The position numbers were made by a program, and so were the translations under genes. Under the pieces are notes generated by a model, which worked only from the letters and a program-made list of their open reading frames with translations, searched no databases and was not told the origin of the DNA. A stretch of DNA of 64,000 nucleotides from positions 72,292,001-72,356,000 of the forward strand of contig OZ024742.1 in the NCBI GenBank assembly GCA_964016885.1, written 5' to 3'. Below are positions 1 to 12,809 of this stretch, piece after piece. This stretch comes from Eledone cirrhosa. Its lineage: Eukaryota. Numbering within the stretch: position 1 is the stretch's first letter; each line of letters opens with the position of its first letter.

Positions 1-857
1 GAACTGCACACTCCATGTGTCAGCTGCCCATAGACCTCACATGGCATGAACAATCGTTTTGCAACATCGGAAAGAAATCACCCAAAGGCAAGCTCCTACA
101 AACATGCAAAATGATCATTTGGGATGCAGCCACCAGCCATAAACGCACAATTGAAGCCTTGGACTGGACAATAAGAGACCTGAAAGAAAATACTTGCATA
201 ATAGGAGTGACAATAGTTCTTGCTGGTGATTTCTGACAAACTCTGTCAGAAATTCCCTGAGTGACCCGAGCTGATCAAGTCAATGCCTGTCTGAAATCAT
301 CCTATCTCTGGCCCAATTTTTAACGACTGAGCCTTACAACCAATATGCCAGTGCACTTGACTGGTGATGAAGATGTCAGTGAGTTTGCCACCCAACTACA
401 TAAATTGGAAAATGGACTTCTTTAAAAGGATTCCAACGACCAGATTCAGTTGTCATTTGACCATATCATTGAAACAAAACAAGAACTGATAGCCAGAGTC
501 TTTCCAAACATTCAGATCAGACAATGTGATTCCAAATGGCTCGGTGAACGAACAATCTTAGCACCGAAAAATGTTATTGTGAAAGAAATCAACAGAAGGC
601 TACTGGATATATTACTGGGAGAGAAAAGATGTTACAAATCTGTTCACACAATCACTTCCCAGGACCAGGTTGTAAACTATCCAACTGAATTTTTTAACAG
701 CATGGAACTAGCAGGAATTCCTCCACACAACCTGATAGTGAAGCTTGGAGCATCGGTTATATTACTTCATAATCTGGATCCCCCAAAACTTTGCAATGGC
801 ACAAGACTCATTATTAAAAATATGATGCCTAATGTCCTAGACGTCACAAACATGTGA
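1..857 (+). mobile_element. Helitron Rep/Helicase remnant, PIF1-type helicase region (disrupted)
   Basis: ORFs give KMIIWD..., VLAGDF*QTL, NACLKSSYLW, ILAPKN, YPTEFFNS...GIPPHNL..K.G..VILL.NLDPPKLCNGTRL, typical Helitron PIF1 motifs. In-frame stops are present. Confidence 0.9.
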
Positions 858-1148
858 TTAGAAGGTCTAAGGAAAATATCACTGGACAAACTGTACGGGC
901 AAAACAACCAGCAGGAGATTTAGGGGCAGACCACTATCAAGATGGTTGGATAACATCCATAGGCTCGGCTGGTCTTGCTTGGGGATCCAGCCTGATCAAT
1001 TGGATACAGTTGCTCCTGACAGGCCCTGCAGTAAGATGTGCTTAAGAACTCTGCCCTACGACCATCCCAAGAAGAAGAAGAAGAAGAAGAAGAAGAAGAA
1101 GAAGAAGAAGAAGAAGAAGAAGAAGAAGAAGAAGAAGAAGAAGAAGAA
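858..1148 (+). mobile_element. RTE-like LINE 3' fragment with (AAG)n tail
   Basis: GRPLSRWLDNI resembles the RTE C-terminal GRPxxRWxDxI motif and is followed by (AAG)n at 1069-1148. It abuts the end of the Helitron homology. Confidence 0.6.
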
Positions 1149-1556
1149 ATCTTGCGTAGCTAATTTTTTTTTAATCACCAGTAATTAGAGATCATTTTAG
1201 AATAATAAAAATAAAATCTTGGAGAAAACAGTGATCTAAACTGGAGTTCCAAGAAGCTTATTGTATTTCCATACGATGAAAATGAGTAGTCGCATGGGTT
1301 AATACACCAGGCTTAAAAAACAAGAAAACTGACTCGAAAGTGCTGTCTGATAAAAGAGTCGATCTGCTAGAGGGTGACAAAACACACCACGTAGAATGAA
1401 GAGGAATTTGAGGAGAGCGAAGCAGTTCCTCGGGAGGAAAAGCGCCCGGTGCACGTCAATGAAACGTAATCTTTCCGTCATTCTCGCCAGGTCTGCATGC
1501 TTGATCTCCAGGCACTCACGTATGGTTTATCATATTTAAGTAAACTGTATATTTAC

Positions 1557-1790
1557 ATTTTTTTTCTTTGTCATCTCTGTTAAATATCTGCATGTAATTC
1601 ACATAGGTTGCTTGGTCAAGAAACACCATCCAATATGGTTCTGAGTATGGAAGATCTGTAGTATGAGTACAAGAATAGGCTTTTCTATGTTCGTCATAAT
1701 AAAAACAGGTTTCACCATCAACTGCTTTCTCAGAGTTCCCGCGATATGAGGTACTACTCTGTGTGGTACGGCGGTTTAATGCAATGTTTT
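1557..1790 (-). CDS. Host gene exon: F-type lectin (fucolectin/FTP, F5/8C-like) domain, N-terminal part
   Basis: Translates (E)NIALNRRTTQSSTSYRGNSEKAVDG...CTHT...PYWMVFLD...VNYMQIFNRDD. Polypyrimidine tract plus AG acceptor at 1791-1792, GTAAAT donor at 1556. 234 nt, phase 1-1. Confidence 0.85.
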
Positions 1791-1867
1791 CTGAAAGGCA
1801 GAAAAATATATGTATGTATGTATATATATGAACGTGTACACATGCACTCGCACGCACGCACGCACAC

Positions 1868-1904
<37 letters not shown>

Positions 1905-2153
1905 TATATATACTCGTATATATGTGTGTGTATGAATATGCAACCTGAGCTCAATATTATGCAATACCGCCTACTGCACGAAACTGCATTGCACAAGGGG
2001 TGGCTGATGAGGAAAATAAAAGCATTTGTTCATTTGCTCCAAGTATTTCATTGTTTTGTTTGTTTTTTGTGTATTTTTTTCTCTTTCCTACGCAACTTTG
2101 CTATTTATGGTTACTGAAACGCTACACGCTTCTTCTTTGATTAATTAACTGTT

Positions 2154-2155
<2 letters not shown>

Positions 2156-2202
<47 letters not shown>

Positions 2203-2245
2203 TCTCTCTCTCACTCCTCTCACTCTCTCTCCCTCTCTCACTCCT

Positions 2246-2325
<80 letters not shown>

Positions 2326-2405
2326 CTCACTCCTCCCACACTCTCTCTCTCCTTCTCTCTCTCTATCTCTCACTTCTCCCACTCTCTCTCTCTCTCTTTC
2401 TCTCT
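2156..2405. repeat. (CT)n compound microsatellite
   Basis: Direct inspection. Confidence 0.95.
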
Positions 2406-2799
2406 CGCACACACAGACACATACAAACATACATAATCTTTCTCCTCTTCTTTGGCGAAAGTCTATTTATATTTCTCTTATTCCTGCGTTACTATTTGAA
2501 CAATTTTTCTGTACCGTACCCTGTCGTGTTTTCAGTTGTATGTCTACGTTTTATTGTTATTTGTATACGTACTAGTTTTGCTGTCCTAGTCGACCGACAT
2601 TCACTTGTTCTCCGTCTTTATGTTGTTTTGTTGTCTCAGACGCATCTTTCCGAAGGCTTGTTCCAAGCTGTCGTACACTGTGAGCTCAATAGTATGCAAT
2701 ATCACTTTGATGTACGAATTACACAGCCCATGGGGTGGTTGATAAGGAAGATAGCTGCTTTTGTTCATTCGTCCCAAGTACTTCCTTTTTTCATGTGTA

Positions 2800-2804
<5 letters not shown>

Positions 2805-2878
<74 letters not shown>

Positions 2879-3002
2879 CAGCAGCAGCAGCAACAACAAC
2901 AACAACAACAACGGCAGCAGCAGCTGCAGTAGTAACAACAACAACAACAACAACAACAGCAACAGCAGCAGCAGCAGTAGTAGTAGTAGTAGTAGTAGTA
3001 GT

Positions 3003-3037
<35 letters not shown>

Positions 3038-3110
3038 CAACAACAACAACAACAACGGCAGCAGCTGCAGTAGTAACAACAACAACAACAACAGCAACAG
3101 CAGCAGCAGC

Positions 3111-3162
<52 letters not shown>
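2805..3162. repeat. Compound (AGT)n/(AGC)n/(AAC)n microsatellite with an internal higher-order duplication
   Basis: The block (aac)n-ggc-(agc)n-tgc-agt-agt-(aac)n-agc-aac-(agc)n-(agt)n occurs twice. Confidence 0.9.
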
Positions 3163-3860
3163 TGAGATATTTAATATAAACAATATTGATATCTAGCATT
3201 GACATAAAGTAGAAACTAAACGAGTGTGTGCTGAACGAGTAGAACGACAGTTATATACATGCAAAGTTCATCGGCAGCAGATGATAGAATTCTATCCTCA
3301 CTATCAGGCTAAAGATGTTTGGAAATCCAATTTATCAGATGTGAAATTCTTTTAAAGCAATGATTTTGGCAGCCAGAATAACCTCTCCCTCAGCTCAATA
3401 TATCATTGCCCTCCATCAAAAACGTTTGTTAGTGGTTCCCAAACATGTTCACTCATGTTGTACTTTAAAACAAGTAAAAATATTTTGGCGTATTTTGTAC
3501 CTAAATTTGAAAATCTATTCGAAAGAGGTATTTATACATATTAGCATACCATAAAGTAAAAATATAAGTAGTGAAACATGCAGAAACATATTAGTTGCAC
3601 TCTTTCCTTCAGTAAACAAATGGAACAAGGTTAATAAACAGGCGCTTGGTGTCTTTTGACAATGTTTCATTCTTAGTTTAGTTATTTCTCTGCCAGGAGT
3701 TGTGATCTGCAGTTAGCATCAACAATCGAAAAACCAAGGAAACAGTTTCCTTAATCCGATCCGACGACCGACTTCTTTCTTTTTAATTTTAATTGATTAA
3801 TATTTCTTGGTCCATTGCACTAAGAATTTTAGCGACTACGCCATTTTTTGTTTTCCATGG

Positions 3861-4892
3861 AAGAGTGACTAAAAAAACTGGCCCCGCACGTTTTATGTCA
3901 CTGCATAATCATTTTCAAATCGATCAACCTCAAAATTCAGGACATGACAGTTACAACATCTGAGAAGACAACATGATACCAATGGCAGCTCCAACACCAG
4001 ATTTTCTGTGTGAAACACTACTATAAATGTGATTCGTATAAGCAAGTCCAGGAACAATTTCATGTATTTTTTTAGAACAGAAAAATTCTTTCAAAATCAA
4101 TATACAAAACTAGGTGAAGATGTCGGAGAACTATGGAACAGTGGAGAACCTCAATATAATATCTGAGGACCATCCTACCCACTCCGGACGACCCAGGAAG
4201 CGTATACAAGAAGTTACTGATATGGTCCGAGAGTTAGTTGAACAAAACTCTAAACGATCACTGCAAGTTTCTCCACAGAAACTTGCAAATGGGTTGGCAA
4301 AGAGGATCTGAAGACGTACCCCTACAGAATACAGACTAAACAAAAGCTTACTGTGATAAGACCAAGAGAAAGGTTATGGCTAAGAAAATACTGGAGAAGA
4401 TGGAAGATGACTTCAAAGCGGAGCTTCATACCATGTATCCATCTATATTAAATAAATTCTGATTTCAGTACGATGGGGCAAGCCCTAACACCACCAATAT
4501 GTTGCGAGAAAGGTTTAAAAATAACTTTGGAAATCGTGTGATCAATTTGATGACTGATTTTGAGTGGGCCCCACACAGCCCTAATTAAAGTCCCCACTCC
4601 TCTCAATTTCTTTTTTTGGTGCTATGTGAAGGATAGGGTATATGTCAACATATCAAGGGCCATCACTGAACAACCATCAGGAAAGAAATCGAAGCCATCC
4701 CTAGGACTGTTTGTAGATACGTTATGCTAAACTTCAGCATGTACTTAAAAAATGCATGGATTCAAGTACTGGATAATGACACCAGAAGATAAAGTATTTT
4801 TTTTTTTATTTGTTTTTTCGGAGTTTAATCAGTTTTTGAGTGAATAATGAGACAAAAATAAAAGACGAGGCCAGTTTTTTTTAGTCACCCTG
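3861..4892 (+). mobile_element. Tc1/mariner-superfamily DNA transposon, decayed
   Basis: TIRs gtgactaaaaaaactggcc (about 3865-3883) and ggccagttttttttagtcaccctg followed by TA (about 4870-4894). Relic transposase reads HSGRPR, YPYRIQ, FQYDGA, WAPHSP, GYVKDRVY. Confidence 0.85.
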
Positions 4893-5071
4893 TATATACC
4901 GTATATAACCATCTAAAAGTCAACTCCTCTATTTTTTACAACCCAAATATGAATTTATCTATGCATCTCATGTAAGAGTTGACACTAATTTTATATGAAT
5001 AACAGCTCAAAAGTTGTGTGACTACACACACACACACACACACATTATATATATATATATATATATATATA

Positions 5072-5777
5072 GTGACGAAACATAAGTCAATTGCATGAAC
5101 TTATAATCCTCCTATATTTACTGCTATATATATTTCGATGATAGCCATTGAATGGCTATGACCTCATCAGGCAGTTAGTCAGTTCTTAGATATGCCAGCT
5201 CTGTGTTTATAGTGTTGATGGTATCAGAGCCTTGGGACATATGAGCTTGTTAGGAATAATTTAATGTTGTCAGCAGGAATAGTCTTAATTCTCATTGGTC
5301 AGTTTGTAGATGCTAGTAGGGTTGGTATTTGACCTCAAAGAGGCAGGTGGTGTTGTAAAGTTCAAACCGTCAGGCAAGATGACAATAGTTCCATATGACT
5401 GATTTTCACAAAAAGCATTCCTGGTCAGATATATATTTAATTAAGGTTAATAGTATGAAATATATACTACAGGTCATTCTTAAATTGAGGAATTTATGTG
5501 GAGTGGTGCTACTGAAATTTATGGTTGGAGTAGAAAATTTACAAATAAAAAGACTTATGTAGGTTGGCTTGCACATACACTCACACCCACCTCCACAGAC
5601 ACACACACACATCCACATATACAAAATGTGGGGTGGTAATACTTAAAATAATGGTTAAAGTCCAATACTTAGATAGTTTAGAAAATTTAGAAATAAAAGG
5701 TTTATGCTGGTTGACTTGTACATACACTCACACCTAACCCCTCAGACACACACATCTACACATGCAAATCCATACAG

Positions 5778-5816
<39 letters not shown>

Positions 5817-6042
5817 TGCATGCATGTACGCACAAGTATACACATATATATATATATATATAAAATATATATATATACACAGAACATACATATATATAAA
5901 ATATATATATATATACATAAAATATATACATATATAAAATATATACACACATAAAACATACATACATAAATATATATAAAATACACATACATATACATAT
6001 ATATATAAAATATATACATATATATAAAATACACATATATAC

Positions 6043-6129
<87 letters not shown>

Positions 6130-7640
6130 GATATATATATATATATAAAATCAGGTTCAATAAAACTTTGATGACTCCTAACCAGTAGAGGATCCGGTGG
6201 ACCATCCACCATACGATCACAAACTATGGGTGGTTGTTGTTGGCCATTGGTCATTGGTACGGGGTGTAGAGGACCTACAGGGGGGGCGTTGTGGGAGGCC
6301 GCAACCGGGGTTTATCCATATAGCTTGAGGAAAGTTCCCGTCCTTAGGTATCTTCAGGCACCGAATAAGTCGGCCCTTCTGTTTAATAGCTTGGTTCCGC
6401 CATGAAGAATCTCGAGTGTCTCACTAAGACAGAGGTTGCAAATACCAGACCCGCCTCTGTCTGGGGGAACCTTTCTAACCACGGACCAGACCAGAGAGTG
6501 CGGGGTCTTTTCAAGTTTGAGCTTCCAGATCAATTCAGAAAGGGCCGTACATTTCCTCTTATCTATTCTGTTAAAGGAATGGCGATGGTTATACCACCGA
6601 TCTTTGAAGCTCGTCGCTGTGGATCCTATGTAGTGGTGCTCCGAGTTAGGGGTTGTGACCTTGCACCTGTAGACTACGTTTTTCGTCATGCATTCATTAC
6701 TAAGGGGGCATAGTGATGGGTCTTTGCAATTACATGACTTCTTAAGCCCCACCATATGTACTGCGTGGTTACCATCACTCGGGGTTGGCTGGGTAGCCTC
6801 CGCAATCAGCACAGGGTCGTTGGGTTCCGGTGTGCTAGTTGGGCCTGTCCGGGTCCGGTGCGTCCCGCGTGCTGGTTCTGTTGGGTGACTCCGGGGTTTA
6901 CGGTGGTATTAAAGGCAGTGAGCCTATTCCTATTTATGCCAGCTATGTGCTGGGCTACGGAGCGTGTGGTTGAGTAGGAAAGTTTCACCGTGTGCCTGTT
7001 GAATATTTTATGGTACTTGTGGGCCCTAGGGAAACATTTATCTAGTACTCTAAAGAATGTTCTAGCCAGGCTGGTACGTAGACGCACCGAGTACGGAGGG
7101 TTATACCATGTGACCTTCCTGGTCCTATTCTTGCGGGGTTGTTGGGTGTCGCCGTGGGCCATCGCGTGGTTGTGCACAGCTCAGGTCGAGCTCGGTTGGT
7201 ATCACTCAGGTGTGCGGAGCGGTCACTATCATGAGGGTTATATGGGCCCACCGTGGGGCTATAAACCTGCGAGGTGCGGCCTCCCTGCTCAATTAGGGTT
7301 CGGCTAGTGGTGGGACCGGTGCAGGGGTGCCTATGCTCCGCAGCACAGTGGTCTTCAGCGTTGTAGGTATTAGACCGGTGGGGTATGCGGGACCTTCTAC
7401 CGGGGGTGATGACGGATAGGGGCCTGGGAGTGTTACTACTGGTCACCGAGGTATTAGGTGGGCGACTCATGCCCCTGAGGGATATTTGATTTCGGATTCA
7501 AAGAAACACTTTCAACGTATAATCGTTTGATTTGTCCAGGTGTATTTTTCTCAACCTGTTAGTTCTATCGTTACTTTGGTATATTATTGTGTTAGATTTT
7601 GCCTACCACAATGTTCGATTTGTCAAGTTATTTAAACATA
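5072..7640 (-). mobile_element. Penelope-like element (Hydra-clade-like), partial: post-RT region, GIY-YIG, 3' UTR and pLTR
   Basis: ORF 6806-7177 (KVTWYNPPYS...KIFNRHTVKLSYS) and ORF 6354-6812 (CNCKDPSLC..VVYRC..YIGST..FKDRWYNH..CNLCLSE). Hammerhead at 5120-5175, (TA)n flanks. No RT core seen. Confidence 0.8.
5120..5175 (-). ncRNA. Type I hammerhead ribozyme in a PLE terminus
   Basis: ACUGC-CUGAUGA-[stem II containing AUAGCCAUU/AAUGGCUAU]-GAAA-UAUAUA-UA-GCAGU. Confidence 0.8.
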
Positions 7641-7654
7641 TATATATATATATA

Positions 7655-8690
7655 GTTTTAAAAAGGACAAACACAAAGATACAATAATCTTATTAGGTTT
7701 ATGCTTCAAAAAGGAAATTGGAAAGTTCAACGTATCGGACGTTAGTCCTTCTTCGGGAGTAGAGAAATACGAAGATAAGTTTTAGAGAGTAGAAGTAACA
7801 CAAAGATGGGATTCATAGATAAAAGAGGATGAAAAGGGCGGACACGTGAGTGTGTGTGTTGTATCCACCGTATTGCCTGTATATGCGTCTGTGCCGCTGG
7901 AGCAGTACATACATAGTTGGTGATGGTGTATGTATGCCTGGGTGTATCAGCATTATATATGTGCATGGTTCGTTATTGTGTGTAACAAATAAAGTTGTAT
8001 GAGACAAAAAAAATCAACTTAACTCCAAGAGGTGAAATACTGGGGGGAAAATCTAAACTAAAATAAAGTAAGGGGTGCGGGACTGCGTACGGTTTATTTC
8101 TTTTAATCCAGTTAGTAAAATAAGTCGGATTACTTTGAATAAATAATGAATGAATATTACATAATTTATCTACTAAATTTCGTAGCTGTTGATTAAATAT
8201 ATTTTATTGCTTATTTAAAGATTCACTTCTTTAAAATTTTCAAATGTCAACACTTCCGGTTAGCGATCGCTTAAATAAACGTTCATATATTCCCGTTACT
8301 AATTTTCTCCTAATGCAGTTTATATATAATATTGTCTTTTTTAATGTATCATGGATTACGTTACTGATTACATAAGAGAGTGTAACGCAGTCTTCGTTCA
8401 ATTTCTTTGTATATTGTCAATTATGATTTTATTTGATGTATCATATCTACATACATATATATTTGCGTATAATATCAATATGCACACTACACATGCTAGC
8501 AGAAAACCACCCGATCGGTTGTTTTTCTGCTAGTAAACATATAACGATCGTTATATCGTCATGATAACGTAACAATATACGAGACTAAGTGAGAATGTGT
8601 GTGTACGTACATGTGCAAATATGTCTGTGCATGAGTATGTATGTGTATAAGAAAATGTATTAAAATGTTATGTTTTATGTATAATGTATC

Positions 8691-8721
<31 letters not shown>

Positions 8722-10400
8722 ATTTCCGTATGGTGCAGGATTGATGTATGAATGTTGGTGTGCACGTAGATGGGACGTGGTTGTGATGTGGGGCGTGGTG
8801 ATGAGGGCAAATCAAAGAAAGAGGCTCGGAGCATGCGGGCCATAGGAGTTAGAGGTGTGTAGAAAAAAATAAGCTGTTGTTCCCCTTAGCGATGCGAGTC
8901 TGAGAGTCCGGTGCAGTATACGGGACCGAAGACAGTGAGATAGCGTGCAGAATGACCGGCGGTTGGAAATGTTGGAAGACCTGAGACAGATTGCTGCCCC
9001 GGATATCCCGAAGATACTCCGCGAATCTGTCGACTAGTCGACAGCCAGTTTAACCTATGTAGATGACCTCGCATAGAGGTACATCTGAAGGGGGCCCTAA
9101 CAATAAAGGAGCGGCTGTTGGGTCCGATGAGGGTGATGGTATTGGAGATGAAGCTGCATGTGTGGCAGCGAGATCGGGAGCAGGAGTGGGATCCATTAGA
9201 GGAGTTGGAGACAGTGGACGAGGAGGTTTTTGAGGTTGCGTGCGCGCTTGAATGAGGCAAGGGTGGGAGGCGACTAATGGGGGAGGTGGAGGGTTCCTAC
9301 TGTAGGCAGCGGAAGATCGTCTTTTGTAGGGGCAAGGTAGAGAGGTGGTGAGTGGGAATGAAAGTCGGTTGGTTAAGGGTTAGTGGCATGGTGTAAGGGC
9401 AGTGGTATGGTTAACTCCACAGGTAAGGTTGAGGGCGATTTGTATTAGGTTAGGGACTTATCCGCGCCGAATGAAGAATCTAGCCATGTATAAAGCCTGA
9501 GCCTCAAAATCATGAATTAAACTACACATGTGGCGGAGACGAAGGAAAAGAGATAGAGTGTATGGTGTTGATGAGATGGGAGGAGGTGAAGTCGGTGTAG
9601 GGGTGGAAGTCAGTGAGTTTGGAGAAGGTTAAGGTGAGATTGGAGCAATGGTAAGGGTCAATAGAGATAAAAATGTGCAGGAAGTGGATAGGTGGAAATA
9701 GAAGTGAAGTAAAGGGCGAAATGGAAGAAGCAGAGTTGAGGTGTGACCGGGTAAGTGAGGTTGCGCCGATACAGTCGTCAATGTAACGTCAGTATAGCTC
9801 TGGGTGGGGCCAGTATATTGTGAAAAGATTTAGGCCTCGACATAACCGACAAATAAGTTGGCGTAGCTGGAGCCCATTCTTATGCGCATGACCACCCCGT
9901 CCTATGTTGGTAAATCTCACTTCAAGAGGAGAAACAGTTGACACTGAGAACTAGCTCGGCCAGACAAATAAGGGTGGATATGGTGGTGGTGAGGGGAAGG
10001 GCGAAGGTCGAGAACGTGAGGAAAGGAGGCCATCGGTGTGGGGCTGACAGTATATAGGGACTTGATGCAGACCGTGAAGAATAGGGGTGGTGGGCCAGGT
10101 GAGAAGAAGAAGAAATCAAAGAGGGATTGGTGTTAGATATGTGGGATGGTAGGTGTGCAAGAATGGTGTCAAAGAAACCCGAAACAAGTTCGGTTGGGCA
10201 ATTATGGGTGGAGAGGATGGGGCGCCCAGGGTTGTCTGATTTATGTATTACGGGGGAGTAGATGGTGTAGGTGTGGGGTGTGCGGATTATAAGGTTGGTG
10301 ACTGTGAAGGGGGGGGACAAGAGTGATGAGGCGACGAGTTCGCGTAGAGTGGAAGCAACTTGTTGTTGGTACTAAGGGGGTGGGATCTGATAACAAAAAA
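7655..10400 (-). mobile_element. Decayed Neptune-like PLE, related to the 11701-16450 element
   Basis: RT fragments (IHKSDNPGRPIL, LAELVLSVNCF, MGSSYANLFVG, YIDD) at 9500-10330, CSRSRCHTC linker and GIY-YIG relic at 8886-9260, degenerate hammerhead near 7725-7760. Confidence 0.8.
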
Positions 10401-10442
10401 CCCCTATAATAGGGAGTTGAGGATATATATATATATATATAT

Positions 10443-11110
10443 AGTGGTAGAACACTGGAAGGTAATATCCGTAGTGGTAGAGCACTCAGTCAATGGGACG
10501 AGTTAGGTAGAAGTGGTTACACAACAGTTAGTTCACCATACCGAGAACAATTGTTTCACCTTAGCGGATCCTCAGCTCGTAATGGACATGGTTATAGGGA
10601 ACAGGAAGGACAACCGTACGAACGCACATGCGCAGAAACGATCACGTCACACAGGCAATACTAAAATGCGTGCGAGAGGTGTAAGGGAGATAACTGCGAA
10701 AGTCCGAAAAGTTTCTAGTTGATAAGAAAATTAGGATGTTGTTGTAATTCAATCCAGAGCTTTGTAGTTATGTAAGAGGTGTTTCCAGACGTATGGACAA
10801 CGTGTGAAGAATTCATTTCTCGTGTTTAGGCAATCACTATTGCGTAATCTCTTTAGAATATTTATTCGTTCATCAATACATAGTCCACACAATGGATTGC
10901 CCCTTGCGTATGGCTTGGACTTAGTGATGGCTTTCTATTGAATGGAGTAGTCTATACTTGAGTCCTTGAGGGACCATACGTGGCTCACGAGTTTCGTGGA
11001 TGAACGTCTGTCCGGGTACCTAAAGGTCGACTGGTGGTTCAGGAAGCGTTCCTTAAATCAGCCCTCCGCTATACCCACATAGGATTTGACCTCCTGTGGT
11101 TTTACTTTGT
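10443..11110 (-). mobile_element. PLE (Hydra-like) 3' fragment: GIY-YIG and pLTR
   Basis: Minus strand reads SYVGIAEG*FKERFLNHQSTF...VWSLKD...PYARGNPLCGLCIDE. Hammerhead at 10536-10585. Confidence 0.8.
10536..10585 (-). ncRNA. Hammerhead ribozyme, minimal type I
   Basis: CGAG-CUGAGGA-UCCGCUAAGGU-GAAA-CAAUUG-UU-CUCG. Confidence 0.7.
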
Positions 11111-11195
11111 GTTATATATATATAACATGATTTTTTCGAATATTAATAATGACATTCAATTGGCATGTAGACATGCCAATTGAATGTCATTTTGA

Positions 11196-11700
11196 TATTC
11201 GTTTATTTATTTGTTTATTTACATGTTACGGGTTGGTTGTTTGTTCTACGTGCGTGTGTGTACAATTTTGTCCTTAATTGTAAGTTACAAACTTACAATT
11301 AAGGACAAAATGAAAACACACACGCACATAGAACAAACAACCAACCTGTAACATGTAAATAAACAAATAAATAAACGAATATAAACACACACAGACACCC
11401 GGATGTGGTGCATGCGCAGACTGAGCACACAACACACACACACAGAAACAAGATGGCGTAGGACAGAACAAAGGAGAGGGACAAAAACAAAGAAAAGAAT
11501 CCCCAGTCACTGAAGAGGTCACAGAATGTGTAACGAAAGAACTTTGACAATATATAAACAACCATCTGGTTGTGGAACCAACCAACCAACCAGAAATATA
11601 AATTCCTAAATTTATAAATTTATTATAATAAATTGAAGTGAAATCAACTGGTGCGTGTGTTTCTTATTGGCAACATGACCCTCCCAAAGTATAACAATAT
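11196..11700 (+). mobile_element. Solo pLTR of the 43.5-47.8 kb PLE family with an inverted partial copy
   Basis: 11293-11700 closely matches 47450-47820, and 11196-11285 is an inverted copy of its start. Hammerhead GUCA-CUGAAGA...GAAA-GAACUU-UGAC at 11506-11548. Confidence 0.85.
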
Positions 11701-12809
11701 ATGGAACATAACTTAACTACCAGCTCAACCCCGATCTAATCCGCCGTGACCTTTCTCCGAACTTTACACACCTTCCCACACTTGGTCTTTCCTTCCACGC
11801 ATTACCTCTGTTTGATTTTGTTACTGTACTTGTTTTTTTTCCGTATATGATTCTTTGCCTGTGTTCTTACAATTTTATTTCTATGATTTTTTGTTCACGA
11901 TTGCCTGTGTTTTTACCTTTATGATTTTTTGTTCACGATCGCCTGTGTTTTTACCTTTATGATTTTTTGTCTTTAATTTTCCTGTGTTTACTCCCCCCTC
12001 CCTACGTTTTTCTGTTTCATGTTCCCTTCCTCGTCTCTGCCTATCCTTCGCACTCACCCCTTCGTTCACTCCACCCCGCTTCACACCCCTACCTTCTCAT
12101 CCCTCCCCCTGCTTTCACCCAACGCCCACCATGCCCAACCTGAGATCCTTTCTCCACCAACTACATAATCGCCTCAAACTTTTCCTCACCCCCCTCCTCC
12201 CACCCTGCTATCTCCCCTCTTCCCTTCAACTCTCCTACCTTCTCTTCGCCAAAACCCGGCACTCCAGCCACATCCATTTCCTCTGCCGCTGCCTCCGCCT
12301 CCACCTTATCCCCCTCGGCTTCCGTCTACACTTCCACCCTTCCCCCGCCGCTTCCCCCTCCACGCAACGTATCCTCACCCGATCCTCACGCCTCCTGATG
12401 CGCAACTCCATCCGTGCCTCCCGTTCCACCCTCCGCCAACTTGACCACCAACTGACCCCCACCCTCCTCCTCCTTAACTCCACCTGCCACCCCTCCTCTC
12501 CTTCATCCAAAACCTCAACCACAACCTCTTCTCGTTCCTCAGCTCCACCAAAGCCCGCAAGCTACACTCACCCCCACCCCCACCCCGCCCCCACCACCAT
12601 CCGCCCATCCCCATACGCCCACCACTCTCCACCTCTCCCTCTACCCCCCCCCCCCCCCCAACACCCAAACCCCACCCCTTGTTGTCACCATACCCACTGA
12701 CCTCCCCCTCTCCGCACCTGAGCGCTCACTCCTTAGTAGAGGCCTTCGCTTCATACCCCACACTCCGCACAGCGACGAGTTCCGCATCCGAACGGAAGTC
12801 GAGCGATTC

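Noticed and set aside
1514-1520. GTGAGT as the donor of the lectin exon
   Set aside because: It would give phase 2 and add residues that do not fit the domain. The 1556 donor gives a symmetric phase 1-1 exon. RNA data are needed to settle it.
11850-11990. Tandem units of about 39 bp (also the duplication at 5520-5780) as a CRISPR-like array
   Set aside because: No unique spacers and no cas genes, in a eukaryotic context. These are simple tandem duplications in PLE UTRs.
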